Source: Podospora anserina
Lineage: Eukaryota
Assembly: GCA_017654855.1 (NCBI GenBank)
Contig: CM030332.1
Span: 372,001 to 436,000, forward strand
DNA length: 64,000 bases
Direction: 5' to 3'
Shown one piece after another: positions 25,877-38,088 of this stretch. A model generated the notes under the pieces. That model ran no database searches, had not been told where the DNA came from, and was given only the letters and a program-made list of their open reading frames with translations. Positions within the stretch are counted from its first letter, which is position 1, and each line of letters starts with the position of its first letter. A program made the translations under genes and the position numbers.

Positions 25877-28539
25877 CTAGATCAGCTTGATCTCCTTCAA
25901 AGACAACTTCTCAAACATGCTCTGCAGCTCGCTGTCCACCACGCCATCAAGAGCATACAGCCTTTCCGTTGTATCAATTGAACCAAGATCAATCTGAGCT
26001 CTATCCTCGTCACTTTCCCCAACTTTCAAACTTTCGAGCTTCTCGGTAAGGACTCGTTCCTCAGAATCTTCCTTTTCCGCAGATGATTCGCATTCTGAAG
26101 AGTCCTCTTCTTTATCGTCCTTCAGCTTCTCGGAGCTTTCGTGGGTTGCCCGAAGGCACTTCAACAGGTGATCCCATTTCTGCTCGGCTTCGTCTTTGTC
26201 GCTGTGCGTCGCCATGTATTTGACCCTCTGGCAGTGAGACCCATACACGGTCAAGAGACCGATACGCTTGTATGTAGCCTTCGGTCCGTCACCGACAGGC
26301 TCAACCAGGAGGCCACGAATGCACAGCGATTCGTACTCGGTAGGTTTCCTCATAATCAATGGCACAAAATACCCCGCCACTACATCCGGTCCATTCTCCA
26401 TGTCCTGGTCCCACTCGATGTCGAACGAAAAGTCAAAGGCGTCGGAATGGAAATTGCTGACACAAAAGGCTTCCGTGCCATCCTCCTCCTTGATTGACAG
26501 CTTATGGGTTTTTCCACCTCCCATAGCAAGCATGTACCAGGGTTTCTTCTCGTAATCCGGGCGAACCTCGACAGGACGCATGAAGCAGCGCATTGTGATG
26601 GAGGCATCCTTGAGAGAGGCGGTGGGCTTTGCCGGAAAGACCGGTGTGGTTGTCGCGTCCACAATGTCGACTAGGGAGTATGTGCCTCCGCTATAATCGA
26701 GAGCGGACGGAGAGACGGGCCCAGAGATTGATAGCCAGGACCAAGTCGGCGCGAGGTAGCTTCCCGTCGACCTCACAGGACTTGAATCCCCAGAGGACTG
26801 CCACAGTAGTGACTGCGGAAGTGTGGAGCGCCATATCCCAGCCAGGTACGTGTCATCTGGCAGAGCGACTTCAAATTCCTGCGCAAGGCCCGACAAGGCC
26901 ACGAGTCTGTCCTGGACGTGACTGAAGATCTTGCCAGAATATTCCTTGTATATCGTGTTCCAGGCTTTATGCAACTCGGGTGAGGTGTCTGGCGCCACGT
27001 TCAGCTTGGTCCTGGTCTGGAACTTGGGGTTCCCGTTAAACACCGACTTGAACGGTGTTCCTCCTGGGAAAGTTTCGCTCGCGAAATAGGGGGCTTCCGC
27101 GCAACACTCCCACATGAGCTCGTGAGAGGTGAAGTGTAACACTCTGCGAGACAGCTGGCGCTCCTGAAAGACCCACCCTCTTTTCGCCAGGGAGGACTTG
27201 GTAATACTGTCAAAAACAGCATGTGTGTCCGGAGTCAACCAGCATTTCCAGCTTTCTTGCCCATTGAAGGAAATGTTCATGGGCAAAACAGCCAGTGGAT
27301 CTCTGTTCCTAAAGCAGCCAAAACGACCGTCAGGGGAATCGTCTGCCGAGATGTTGAGCAGTGCATTCTTGTAGACGTCGTACATCATGATGGACTCTCG
27401 TTGCCAGTCTTCTTTGCTGTCCTGGAGAATGCACAGCGAATCGATCCAGAGCCATCGGACTTTTCAGAAGCAAAGTGTTAGCATACATTCCATTCTTTGT
27501 TCCGCAGGTCTGCCTCACCTTTGAACCAGCTTGCCGCCTTGATAGCATCTGCAAATGTCTTGGGCAGTAGCGATATCGAAACACCTTCCCGAAGTCTCTC
27601 TGCAATATTTCCTGTTGTCAAGACAGGTAACTGACTGGCCCCCCATTTCCCCCAGCAATGACTGAGTGTGATGTACTCTCGTTCTTGCTCGAAATCTCGT
27701 GGGGTGTCCAAAGGCGTCACCAACTTCACCATTGACGTCTCAATTGCTGACTTCACATCCAGAAGTCTGGTTGGCAACCAATCTCTAGAAGCCGTGTTGT
27801 TGCATTGGTTGTGCTTGCCATCTTCGTTTGTCTGGCATCGTTTCAGCCACTCTAGCGCATTATCACGGGTTTGCTCCGATTCCGTAGTCGGGTGTCGTTC
27901 CATGCCCTTCCCCTCGGTCATGCCAAACAGTTCCTTGTCGAACTCGGAGAAAGGCCAGATTTGAAGCTTCAAGATGTTCCAGTAGTTTTTTGCAGCTCTT
28001 GGGTGTCCCCGGTGGGTCAGTGCAAAGTGCAGTCGTTTAGGGGCTGGGCCAGACTGCCAACACATCTCGATATTGGATTCGTCAATCGACTCCATCGCCA
28101 GCCGTTTGACCCGCAGGTTAGCCATGAGGAAGACGCAGAGATGGCAGCGGCCATCTTCCCCGTCTTGAAGGGTCTTTGCGCCATTGTGCAGCAAACATGC
28201 CGCGGGAAGGCCCTCCATCGCTTCTTCGCCTTTGGTTTTATGAAGATCCGCGTGATAGCCAAAATAGTTCAGGGCGTTGTAGCAGGTGTCACAGAGTTGG
28301 GTCATGCTGCGGATGGTTGCGCTCGGTTTAGATCCAGAGTTTGCATCTTGAGATGTTTCTGCTGGTTCCTCCAGGGAGGATGCTTTGGTCTCATTGTAGC
28401 GTGTGAATGGGGGTGGGCCGGGTGATTTGACTACAAAGATGTCGACATCGTCGTCGTCGACCCGATCCGGGTTGACAAGCACAAACGATGTAATCTTATC
28501 GTTGCCCTTCAGAATCTCGTCCGATTCAAGGAGATTCAT
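25877..28539 (-). CDS. HET-domain (heterokaryon incompatibility) protein
   Basis: LPTRLLDV, YITLSHCWG, LPKTFADA, intron ~27463-27518, then WLWIDSLCILQD, RGWVFQERQLSRR, DRLVALSG and APTWSW. Confidence 0.92.
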
Positions 28540-28770
28540 TGTGTAGGGATTGTTGATGAGATATTGTTGAAAGAGAAAACATGAACTCAGAGATTGCTGC
28601 CTGAGATGGACCCTGAAGCCCCACCTGGGATTGTCAGCATTTAGCTTGAGGGAACCTGGTCTTGGCGTTCGGACTCATACCCATGTTTATTGTAAAAATG
28701 CGAATCTGCCGGGAAACCATCCAGTCAAATGAGTTTGAGTATGAGACACCTATTCCCGCCTGTGTCCCCT

Positions 28771-29586
28771 CTACGCCATCCACCTCCTGAACCACCCCAC
28801 GGCCTGGTCTTCGCTCCCCTGCCCCCTCTCCTTCTGCTTCGGATCCCCAATATCACCCCTGACGGCAAATCCGTGCTTGGCACCTTCATACACCACCACC
28901 TCGTGTCTTTCTCTATCCCGCAACATTTTCACCACCGTCTCCATCTTAGCATGCCTTAGGTACTGGTCGTCATCTCCGTTTGCGATGCTGAGCGGTGTGT
29001 CATCCTTTACCTTGTCAATATCAGCCGGAACGGAGATCAGGGACGGGTGGGCAGTGAATGCGCAGTTGACCAGAGGTGGGGACATGTGGGTAAGGCGGAT
29101 TGTGTACAGCCCTCCCCAGCAGAAGCCAGCCACGCCAATTTTGCCTGACGGGCCAAGCTCTTGTCGAAGGTAATGGAAAAAGGTATTGACTCGGGGAGCA
29201 GCGACGGCGTATCGGTTATAGAGGAGGAACCTGACGAGCTCGGGGACAACACGGACGTAGGTCCAGATTTTGGTGAAGATGTTGGCTGTGGGGAGGGCGT
29301 CTGCCAGGATGAGGAACTTCTCGGTGAGTGAGGTTCCTTTGTGAAAGTCGGGAACAACGACTGTGCAAGGCACATGCCGTGCGTATGCATCGGCAAGAAC
29401 GCGGGTGTTTCGCAGCTTCCAGCCGAAGGCGTCGGTGATTATTACGACTGTGCCGAGGGAACGGGCACCTTCAGGTGGAAGAGAGACATAGGAAGGCACG
29501 TTGTGGACAGTCTGCTCCGTGCCGACCGGAGTGATGTCTCCACGGAGAGTGCCGGTAAAGCAGTCTCTACAGAATGGGGCTTGCAT
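28771..29586 (-). CDS. Dienelactone hydrolase family alpha/beta hydrolase
   Basis: GFCWGG nucleophile motif, TDAFG, AHPS and HGFAVRG. Confidence 0.92.
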   Translation of the reverse strand: MQAPFCRDCFTGTLRGDITPVGTEQTVHNVPSYVSLPPEGARSLGTVVIITDAFGWKLRNTRVLADAYARHVPCTVVVPDFHKGTSLTEKFLILADALPTANIFTKIWTYVRVVPELVRFLLYNRYAVAAPRVNTFFHYLRQELGPSGKIGVAGFCWGGLYTIRLTHMSPPLVNCAFTAHPSLISVPADIDKVKDDTPLSIANGDDDQYLRHAKMETVVKMLRDRERHEVVVYEGAKHGFAVRGDIGDPKQKERGQGSEDQAVGWFRRWMA

Positions 29587-29790
29587 CTCGTCATATGATA
29601 ATTTGGATGAGACACGGTGGAAATAAAAGATTTGGCATGATTGAGGTGGTCGAGGTCATAGATATGTCGAGGTCAAAGGCGGGGTAGCTAGACATGACCC
29701 ACCTGATTGCGACTCAGCTCTCACTCATGCTGCCGCTCTTGGTTGAATGCTCGCCGTGTTCACCGAAAACCAACAAAGGCTATCGCGGAG

Positions 29791-31887
29791 ATGACCATGT
29801 TCAAAGGCGGTCCGGGGGCATGGGACCCGGTGCATCCGGGTATCTCCAAGATTTACCAGTACCGCCCGTTAACACCGAAATGTCAAGAACACGATTACAC
29901 CATCAGGCTCCTTCATCTCCTTCCGGCCCGAGACAGCGATGCTTCTCTCCGTTGCTGGCTGATTGAAAAGGGCTACAGGGACTACTGGGGGATACCCGTC
30001 TACCACGACTATCATGCCGTGTCGTACACCTGGGGCGACCCTGTTTTTCCAAAGGCTCTCGAGGTCCTTCCTAACAGCTTCTCATCTCCCACCGAGTCAC
30101 TTGGTGTCATCCGCATTACGCAAAATCTTCACTCGGCCTTGAAGCACCTAAGACGGCGCGATGTTCCCGTGGTTCTCTGGGTGGATGCTGTATGCATCAA
30201 CCAGAGCGATGTCACGGAGCGCAACAGCCAAGTGTCCAACATGCCCAACATATACAAGAAGGCTTCGTCGACAATAGTTTGGCTCGGGGACGAATCCGCT
30301 GTTGATGATGCTCGGTTATGCATGAGCTTTTTCGAGAACCTGGGGAGACTTTCGTCAACTTCTCAAGACCAGCAGCATTCTACCTCCTGGCGAAAACGAT
30401 TCGAGATCAACCAGCTCGTGGGAGACTTCCTGGATGAAAACAAGGCTGAAATTGCATTTTTCCTCGAGAGGCCTTGGTTTCGCCGTCGTTGGATTGTACA
30501 AGAAGTCGTTCTGGCCAAAAGTGTGGCCATACACTGCGGACGGTGGAAGATCGACTGGGACACCTTTCACCTCGCCATGTTTGAGCTCTTTGGGAGCGAC
30601 CAAGGGATATTCACACAAGATCATCGCACAACCATGCGGACAATGACAGGCGTCCGCAATGGCGGCCGTACCATAACAGCAGTGCGCAACATTGGCGTGG
30701 CAGCAAAGAAACAGCTGCCGCTGGACACTCTTGTCGAGTTTGCATCGTTTCTCTGTGCCGACCCTCGGGACAGACTTTACGCCCTATATGGTGTCATCAA
30801 GCGTTGGTCCCCACGCCAGGTCACGATGCAATTGAGTCAAATCAGCAACATTGATTATTCCTTGCCGACCGAGACCGTCTTCACGAACTTCGCAGCTGAA
30901 TTAATGCAGATAAATACGCATGATCTTCAACTTGTGGCGTCCAGATACTGGATTGTCACCCATGTTTTGCAGCTTGCGACAGCGTTCGGTCAACGGGATA
31001 TGCCAGGTGATCATTTCGGTATCAAGATCCCGTCATGGGTGGTGGACTGGACGGGCGATCTGTGTTTTGAGCCACTGCAACACTCACGAACAAACGGCGT
31101 TGCATTTGAAGCGCTCAGGGGCAATGATGTGGTTCAGTTCCTCCCGAACAAAGAACATCCATCTCACCTTGTGATGGTCGGCATACCGTTTGACATGGTC
31201 ACAGCAACCATATCATTTGATATCGCCCCAATGTTACTGACCAATTCGGTCCACAAAGCCAGAGTATCTTTGAATAAGTTCCTCTCCGAAGTGGCTCGTC
31301 ACGTCCATGACGATTCTTACAAGCCGACTTCGGAACATCTTGTTACGGCCTTGGCAATTTCACTCGTTGCAAATTGGGACCATACTCCCAGCAACTCGTA
31401 CTTTGCACAAGACCCATGCTTCATCCAAGACTTTCTGGCACAACTACGGAATCAACAGTATCATTTGCCTGAAATGTTACATAAATGGCCAGCGTACGTC
31501 GAGCTGATGGCTATTACAATGCGAGGACGGTCTCTTTTTCTGACTGCCAAAGGATACATGGGCGTTGCAGCAACAGCAGTCAAGACCAGCGACGTGGTCT
31601 CTTTACTGGACGGCCAAAGTGTGCCCTTCATTATAAGACCGGAGCGAGCCGCAAAATACTCGGTTTACCATGGCGAACGGGGCGCCGTGGAAGCGCCGGA
31701 TTGTTTCGACTATCAGGCCATGAGGTATAGCTATGACATGGCGATGCTCGCGAGCGACCCAGGCGCATACAACAGCTTTTCTTTAATCAGTGATGCTTAC
31801 GTGCATGGCCTAATGAAAGGGGAAAGTAATGAGATAATGAAGAAAGATGGCGATGATCTTGCGCTGAAAATAATATCAATTTCTTGA
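29791..31887 (+). CDS. HET-domain protein, het-6-like
   Basis: YHAVSYTWG, LWVDAVCINQ, RPWFRRRWIVQEVVLA, DPRDRLYALYG, PSWVVDW and AYVHGLMKGE. First ATG at 29791. Confidence 0.92.
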   Translation: MTMFKGGPGAWDPVHPGISKIYQYRPLTPKCQEHDYTIRLLHLLPARDSDASLRCWLIEKGYRDYWGIPVYHDYHAVSYTWGDPVFPKALEVLPNSFSSPTESLGVIRITQNLHSALKHLRRRDVPVVLWVDAVCINQSDVTERNSQVSNMPNIYKKASSTIVWLGDESAVDDARLCMSFFENLGRLSSTSQDQQHSTSWRKRFEINQLVGDFLDENKAEIAFFLERPWFRRRWIVQEVVLAKSVAIHCGRWKIDWDTFHLAMFELFGSDQGIFTQDHRTTMRTMTGVRNGGRTITAVRNIGVAAKKQLPLDTLVEFASFLCADPRDRLYALYGVIKRWSPRQVTMQLSQISNIDYSLPTETVFTNFAAELMQINTHDLQLVASRYWIVTHVLQLATAFGQRDMPGDHFGIKIPSWVVDWTGDLCFEPLQHSRTNGVAFEALRGNDVVQFLPNKEHPSHLVMVGIPFDMVTATISFDIAPMLLTNSVHKARVSLNKFLSEVARHVHDDSYKPTSEHLVTALAISLVANWDHTPSNSYFAQDPCFIQDFLAQLRNQQYHLPEMLHKWPAYVELMAITMRGRSLFLTAKGYMGVAATAVKTSDVVSLLDGQSVPFIIRPERAAKYSVYHGERGAVEAPDCFDYQAMRYSYDMAMLASDPGAYNSFSLISDAYVHGLMKGESNEIMKKDGDDLALKIISIS

Positions 31888-31973
31888 TAGAGACCATATT
31901 GCATCATCATCTATCAGTAACCTCACGACAACCACCCCTCCTGTCGAGAATCTAGAATTTGTCAGTCAGGTCT

Positions 31974-32648
31974 CTAGTTCCAAGTCATCTGGGCCCACAG
32001 TGAACCAACCTTCTTTTGATTTTCCCAATCGACATCTTGCTTTATCATATCCGGTAGATAAACCATTCCTCTTGGTGGCCCCGCGAAGCCATATTTCTCC
32101 TTTAACTTGTGCAGCGTGATTGGCGTTTCCAGTTCATACACCGTCAAAATTCCATATGCGTATTGCCCCCATTTCCATGCTGGGATATCCAGAACCAGTC
32201 TTTTATTCTCTGATTTGTCCTCTCTCACAGTCACGCTGTCACCTGTGGCTCGCAAAAGTTGGTCCTGAGCATGGTCACCATCCTCCACTTTCCTCCTTTT
32301 TCGGTGGTCCTCCTCCTGTCGAATTTGCTCGTCCACCTCCGCCTGCTCCTCGACATGAGTTACCTCTGGTGTTTCGTCTCCATTTTCCAGGTTTTCCCTC
32401 TCCAGCAGCTCTCTCCTTGTCACTGGTGGAGCGATCTCCCCGACGTGAGTAATTGCTGAAATTGGAGTAACTCGATAGAACCAAGCCCTCTTGACAGTGT
32501 CCGCCATTCTGTATTTGCGAAACTCGTAGCGTTTTGTTTCTTCCAAGATCTGGGTCATGTAGGGCTCGCGCATGGGGAGGATGACGTCTTGCTTGGGTGC
32601 TTCTGTTGTTGCATTTTGCTTTGAGGGTCTTTTTCGCTTTAGTGGCAT
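31974..32648 (-). CDS. ASCH/PUA-like domain protein with a charged insertion and basic NLS-like motifs
   Basis: ILPMREPY..QI..TKRYEFRK..WFY..PISAITHV and ELETPITL..LKEKYGF.GPPRGMVY match the ASCH/PUA pattern. PLKRKRP and RKRRK are present. Confidence 0.7.
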   Translation of the reverse strand: MPLKRKRPSKQNATTEAPKQDVILPMREPYMTQILEETKRYEFRKYRMADTVKRAWFYRVTPISAITHVGEIAPPVTRRELLERENLENGDETPEVTHVEEQAEVDEQIRQEEDHRKRRKVEDGDHAQDQLLRATGDSVTVREDKSENKRLVLDIPAWKWGQYAYGILTVYELETPITLHKLKEKYGFAGPPRGMVYLPDMIKQDVDWENQKKVGSLWAQMTWN

Positions 32649-33161
32649 GTTGGTGTTTGTTTTACCTTCTGGAAGTTGCCGTTGACCATGAAAGAAAACT
32701 CAACAAGAATATCAAATCTATCTTTCCATGAGTCGTGCTGAAACAAAACAGCTGGAACTTTCTTTGAGATAGTGGTTTAAGTTTATGGGGTCGGGTTAGG
32801 GTTGGGTGTTACTGGAGCAACAAGGGGCCTCAGGGGTAATCATTTGGTTATAGGGACTGCAACATGCCAACATTTCATCAAATCTGAAGAAAACCCGACA
32901 TTGGCGTGCCTGCGAAAAGGGAACTGGTTGTGACAATGGCCTCTTCAGAATCGAAATGGTAATGTAGTGTGCCGACTCAGCTGCCTACTCCCTGCTCAGT
33001 TGACTGCTGTGGGCCTTGGGCCTTGTCAGGCAGGAATGATTGGGCCTTCTTGCGCAGGCAGTCACGGCAGTCACATCCATTGAGCCTCCCGAAATTCCAT
33101 TGAGCCTCCCCCGCGTCGGTTGTCGGATGTGTCCGTGTCACTCACCTGGCAAAAATACCAA

Positions 33162-35694
33162 ATGGCAGACCCTTTATCCATTGGGGCGAGTGTTTTGGCT
33201 TTCATTGGCCTGGCAGATCGCATCATCCGCCTCAGCAAGTTTTGCATCGACGGGCTCAAAGATGCGCCCAGCGACATTCGCATGATCCATGGCGAGGTAT
33301 CATCCCTCAGGGCAATCATCGACGTTCTGGCCGAATCAAAAGCTCCATCATTTTTGGAAAACAACGCCGCTCTCCTCAGCTGCCATCGTTGTCTCTCCGA
33401 CCTGGAAACTCTGCTTCCCACCGATGCGGGTGTTGGCCTTCCCCGCCGCCGCCTTACCATTGCAGAGCTCGCTTGGCCCTTGAAGCAATCAAAGGCTAGG
33501 AAGACTCTGGTTGAGCTCTCGCAGCACAAGGCTACCCTCCTCCTGATTATATCAGGTGATGTGCTGTAAGTTAGGTCAGCTTACCCCCCAAACATCCAGT
33601 TTCTGATGCGCAAACGCCATCTTCCAGGCATGAGTTGCGCGCCATCAAGACAACGCTGCACGAGATTCAAAATAATGTCACTGGTTGGTCCTCCTCGTTA
33701 TTCCAGACTTCCTCGGGTCCCTTCTGATCAGTCCCTTCTCCAGAATCCGAGCGTCGTAGCATTCAGACTTGGCTGGAGCAGACGAATCCGTCACGGCTTC
33801 ACAATGCTGCCATCAGTAAACACGAACCAGAGACATGCGCATGGTTGACACGCTCTGATGGATGGAAATTGTGGACGTCCTCGACATCTCGCTATCGAAT
33901 GCTCTGGATTTACGGAATACCTGGTGCTGGCAAGACGGTATTGGCCTCCTTTGCCATCGAAAAGATCAGGCTGCTTTGCGAAGGCGCCACCAACTACGTT
34001 TACGCTTATTACTATTGTCATTACTCCAACGCCCAAGACGAGGCTATACCACTGCTGAGATGGGTAGTCGCCCAGGTTTCTCGACAACTCGGCTGGGCTC
34101 CTGTCGAGCTCAAACGCCTCCATGACAGAGGTTGTGAGCCAACCGTCCCAGAGCTACAACACATTCTTGAACTTGCCCTGGCACGACTGGAACGGTTATT
34201 CATTATTGTCGATGCACTTGATGAAAGCATGCCGAGGGACGAGATAATACGTCTACTTGCGACAATATCTCTCGACGCCCGATTCTACAAGGTCCGCATC
34301 CTTGCAACGAGTCGCCACTACGGTGACATCGAGCGCTTCTTTTCTGCCATATCATCATCCATCTCCATGAAAAACCCGTATGTCGATTCCGATATTCAAC
34401 GTCACATTCGTGCAAGGTTTCAGTCTAGCATGCGCCTTCGGCGATGGCAGAACTCTTTCCAAGCAATCGAGGAGGCATTGGTGTCGGGAGCAAACGGCAT
34501 GTATGTTATCTCCCATTGGTCTACTCTGGTTGAGCTTTCTGACTCGCTATTAACAGGTTTCGCTGGGTGGACTGTCAACTGCACAGCATTGAGCGTCTTG
34601 GGGACAAGACAAAACTCGCATCCGTCTTGCAAGATCTTCCTCGTGACCTGACCGAGTCGTACATCAGAATATTCGAGGCCATCCCCGAGGTCGACCAGCC
34701 GTTTGTAAAACGGATCCTTCTGTGGGTATATGGGGACTCCAGAACACATTGGGATGGTCGAGGTATCAATGGAAAGCTGTTACTAGAGGCAGTTTCCTTC
34801 GACCTGTACGGCATCAAGGACAATGCCTTCGATTGGGAATACCTGCAAGATATTTGTGGCTGCCTCATAGCAGTGAGGAACGAACTTTCGAACCCAGGGG
34901 TTACTGATGGTGACAGTTTCGATGACGGAGCCAGTTGCTGGGTCACCCTTGCACATTACACTGTCTGGGAGTTCCTCAGTTCCTACCACATCCTGTCGAC
35001 GCCTGTTTCAGCATTTGCAACATCTACCGAAGTTGCTGAGCGGCAGTATGCGGTCAGCATCCTTCGCAACGCCCTGGCAGCGCGTCCCGAAGACCCAGGA
35101 ACACATTGGCGGCGCGACCGCGAGGCGTATTGTCTAGTTGTGGGATGCATGTTCTTAGGCTCACCATGGCTCCAAACCTCCGAGGACCTAGACCTGTTCT
35201 ATCAGTTCATGGACCCTCAGAACCCTCATTACCGCCGATTTGGCCCGATACAGGCACGTGCGCTGCGCGGCGAGGAAGATTTCTCTTCTCACTGCTTTTT
35301 TATTCTGGCAATTCCTAGCCAGTTTCGAGTTCCTGAACAAGCCTTCGAAAGGGAGAATAACGCAGAAGTGGTTCTGAATGCCCACCTACTTAAGAATTGG
35401 CTTTCTGTGGGCGCTGGGCGCTCCCTAGAGCTGCCAGCTATTGGTCGCTTGTCGCAAGATGAAGTTTGGGAACTAGGAAAACACCAGGTTGCCGGTCACT
35501 TCATTAGACTGAATAAGTCAGGAGAGGTACAAGAAATCGGTTTCGATGGGAGGGTCTGGGATATTACGTCTCCGCCAACTCGAAGATTACGTGCCGCGTC
35601 GCTCGATCCCAGAGCCGGATCGCCAGCCCTGGTTCCGTCAAATGAGAGCAACAAAAAGAGGAAGCTAGACAGTGGGTCAATGACTCGAGGATAA
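33162..35694 (+). CDS. NACHT (STAND) NLR-like protein with a fungal N-terminal helical (SesA/HeLo-like) domain
   Basis: MADPLSIGASVLAF..LAWP N-terminal domain, HEPETCAWL, Walker A GIPGAGKT, Walker B FIIVDALDE, MFRWVDCQL and LPRDL.ESY.RI. Three introns (~33566-33628, ~33682-33743, ~34501-34556). Confidence 0.88.
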
Positions 35695-36041
35695 CCACCC
35701 ATTATCCCAGCTCAAAATCGTCCAACATCCCGCACTTTATGAGTTGTTACACAAACCCCATACAAGTGACAAGAGACCCCGCATGGTGACCATGCGTCTG
35801 ACACGGCTGATATTTGTATGGCCGAATTGGAGAATTGAGGCGGATCTCATGGCATATCTATGCAAGGGGATGGGACCAACCATTCGAATCACCAAGTTGT
35901 CTGACTGACTGAGCCGCCGGTAAATCAGCTTCCCCGCAGCACCCAGGAGTTTTTGATAAAGTCTTACGCTTCACCATCCTGAAAGTCACTGGTTCATTCA
36001 AAATCCAGCTTCTTGTCAGTGGAGTATTTGACACTGAAGCA

Positions 36042-38028
36042 ATGTCGATAACACACCCCCAAACCTACCCTCACCCAGACTACGAGGCTGCCCATCAGCA
36101 GACCTACGAGCGTGCTCCTCGACACCCGATAACACCCATTCCACTGCCTCCTGGCGTTGGCCAAACCGACTTTGATTCTGCCATTTCCGAGTTCATCTCC
36201 ATCGCAGGCGAGGAATCGGTTTTTGTCAAGGAAGGACTGTCTGATTACATTGATCCGTATGATGTCCATGAGCATGACCCTTCCCAGCGCAAGCTGCCCA
36301 GTGCGGCTGTTTGGTATGTCCTTTTCTACCTCATTTAACGCAGTATCACATTAACCCTTTCACCCTCCTCCGTCTCCATCTCTTCCATCGCTAATCTTGA
36401 ACCCTAAACCAGCCCCGACTCAACAGACCAACTCTCCTCCGTCCTCCGAGTAGCCAACAAGTACAAGATCCCACTCTGGCACTTCTCCCGCGGCAAGAAC
36501 CTCGGTTACGGCGGCCCCGCTCCCCGAGTGAACGGTTCGGTGGCTCTTGACCTCCACAAGCTAGACAAGATCATTGAGGTCAACGACGAGTACCACTACG
36601 CTGTTGTCGAGCCTGGAGTCACCTTCATCCAGCTGTACGAATACTGCGTCGAGCACAAGAAGAAGGTCTGGCCTAGCACGCCGAGTCTAGGGTGGGGGAG
36701 TGTCATCGGGAATGTGAGTCACCTTTCTCCCCTGAGTCCATGTGTGTTGCTGACGCCGGGATAGACGGTAGATAGAGGAATGGGCTTCGGGATGAATTAC
36801 ACTCACCATCAATGCGTAGCTGGGATCGAGGTCATGTTACCGGACGGTGATGTCGTGCGGACGGGACAGTGGGGGATTTCCTCTTCTCCGTCTGCGTTTT
36901 TGTCCAAGTTTACGTTTGGTCCTTCGCTGGAGGGGTTGTTTTTCCAGTCAAACTTGGGCGTCGTGACCAAGATGAGTCTGTGGCTCACCCCCCAGCCGCA
37001 GGCGTACATGTGCTGCAGTTTTAGCATGCCGCTGTTTACCGACCTGGAGGTGATGGTGGATGTGTTTGGGGAGATGAAGAGGAACGGGACGGTGCAGTCG
37101 TGCGTGTGGTTTACCAGTCTTATCGAGACGCTTTGCATCATGGGGCGGAGGGAAGATTACTGGACGGGGGAAGGGCCGGTGCCGGATTGGAGGCTGGAGG
37201 AGCTGAGGCAGGAGACGGGGTTTGGGCATTGGTATGCGCGGTGGGGGTTGTACGGGCCGAAGAGGATTGTGGAGGCGCAGTTTGAGGAGATCAAGAGTGT
37301 GCTTGCCAGAAGGGCGCCGACGGGGACGATAGCGGGGAATTTGTATGCCCATCCGGAAGAGGACGGGAGGTTGGATGCGACGACGGTGCCGGATCAGGAC
37401 GGGCAGATGTTTGTGGGGATTCCGAGTCTGTGGAGTTTACCGTTGATCAACTGGCCGATTTCGAAGGGGAAAAAGGATGGCAAGGCGGCGCATGGGGATT
37501 ATGCACCGGTTATTCCGTCGAATGGGAAGTTGCTGATGGAGTGGATGGAGGTTAGCAAGCCGATTTGTGAGGCGAATGGGGTCGAGCTGATGGCGGATTT
37601 CTTTATGCACGAGAGGCATGTTGTGTTGATGAATATGTTTACTTGGGACCAGACAGACAAGACGCAGAAAGAAAAGATGGAGAGGTTGTATTATGGGCTG
37701 TATGAAGAGGCAAAAAAGAGAGGGTATGGGATGTACAGGGGGCATGTGAACCACATGGGTGAGTTTGTCTGTCTTTGCTGGGGGGGACAAAGGCGGCTGA
37801 CAATAACAGATCTCATTGCCAATTTGAACGACTTCAACAATCACGCCTACAACCGCTTTGTGGAGAAGATCAAGGTGAGTCTCTGAGATGGTTCTGAAGC
37901 TGTGAATGGATGCCAACATATTACAGGATGCAATCGATCCCAATGGAATTCTGGGGCCTGGGAAGCAGGGTATCTGGCCTAACAGATTCCGCCATCTAAG
38001 GGAGACGCAGGAAAAGAGGTTTGACTAA
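36042..38028 (+). CDS. Vanillyl-alcohol oxidase / PCMH-type FAD-linked oxidase
   Basis: SRGKNLGYGG, VVEPGVTF, GSVIGN, FFQSNLGVVTK, YGMYR and DPNGILGPGKQGIWP. Four introns. Confidence 0.92.
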
Positions 38029-38088
38029 AAAGGCACTGCTGATTTGCGATGAAAAAGAAACGAAAAATCCATGACAGATCTACCTTGC

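Noticed and set aside
25772-32802. Telomere-like CCCTAACCCT (~25773) and GGGTTAGGGTT (~32793)
   Set aside because: Fewer than two full units each; not a telomere, at most telobox-type motifs or chance.
33162-33569. Amyloid signalling motif (HET-s/sigma/PP type) at the NLR N-terminus or in adjacent genes
   Set aside because: The N-terminus is a helical domain, and no G/N/Q pseudo-repeat was seen in it or at neighbouring C-termini.
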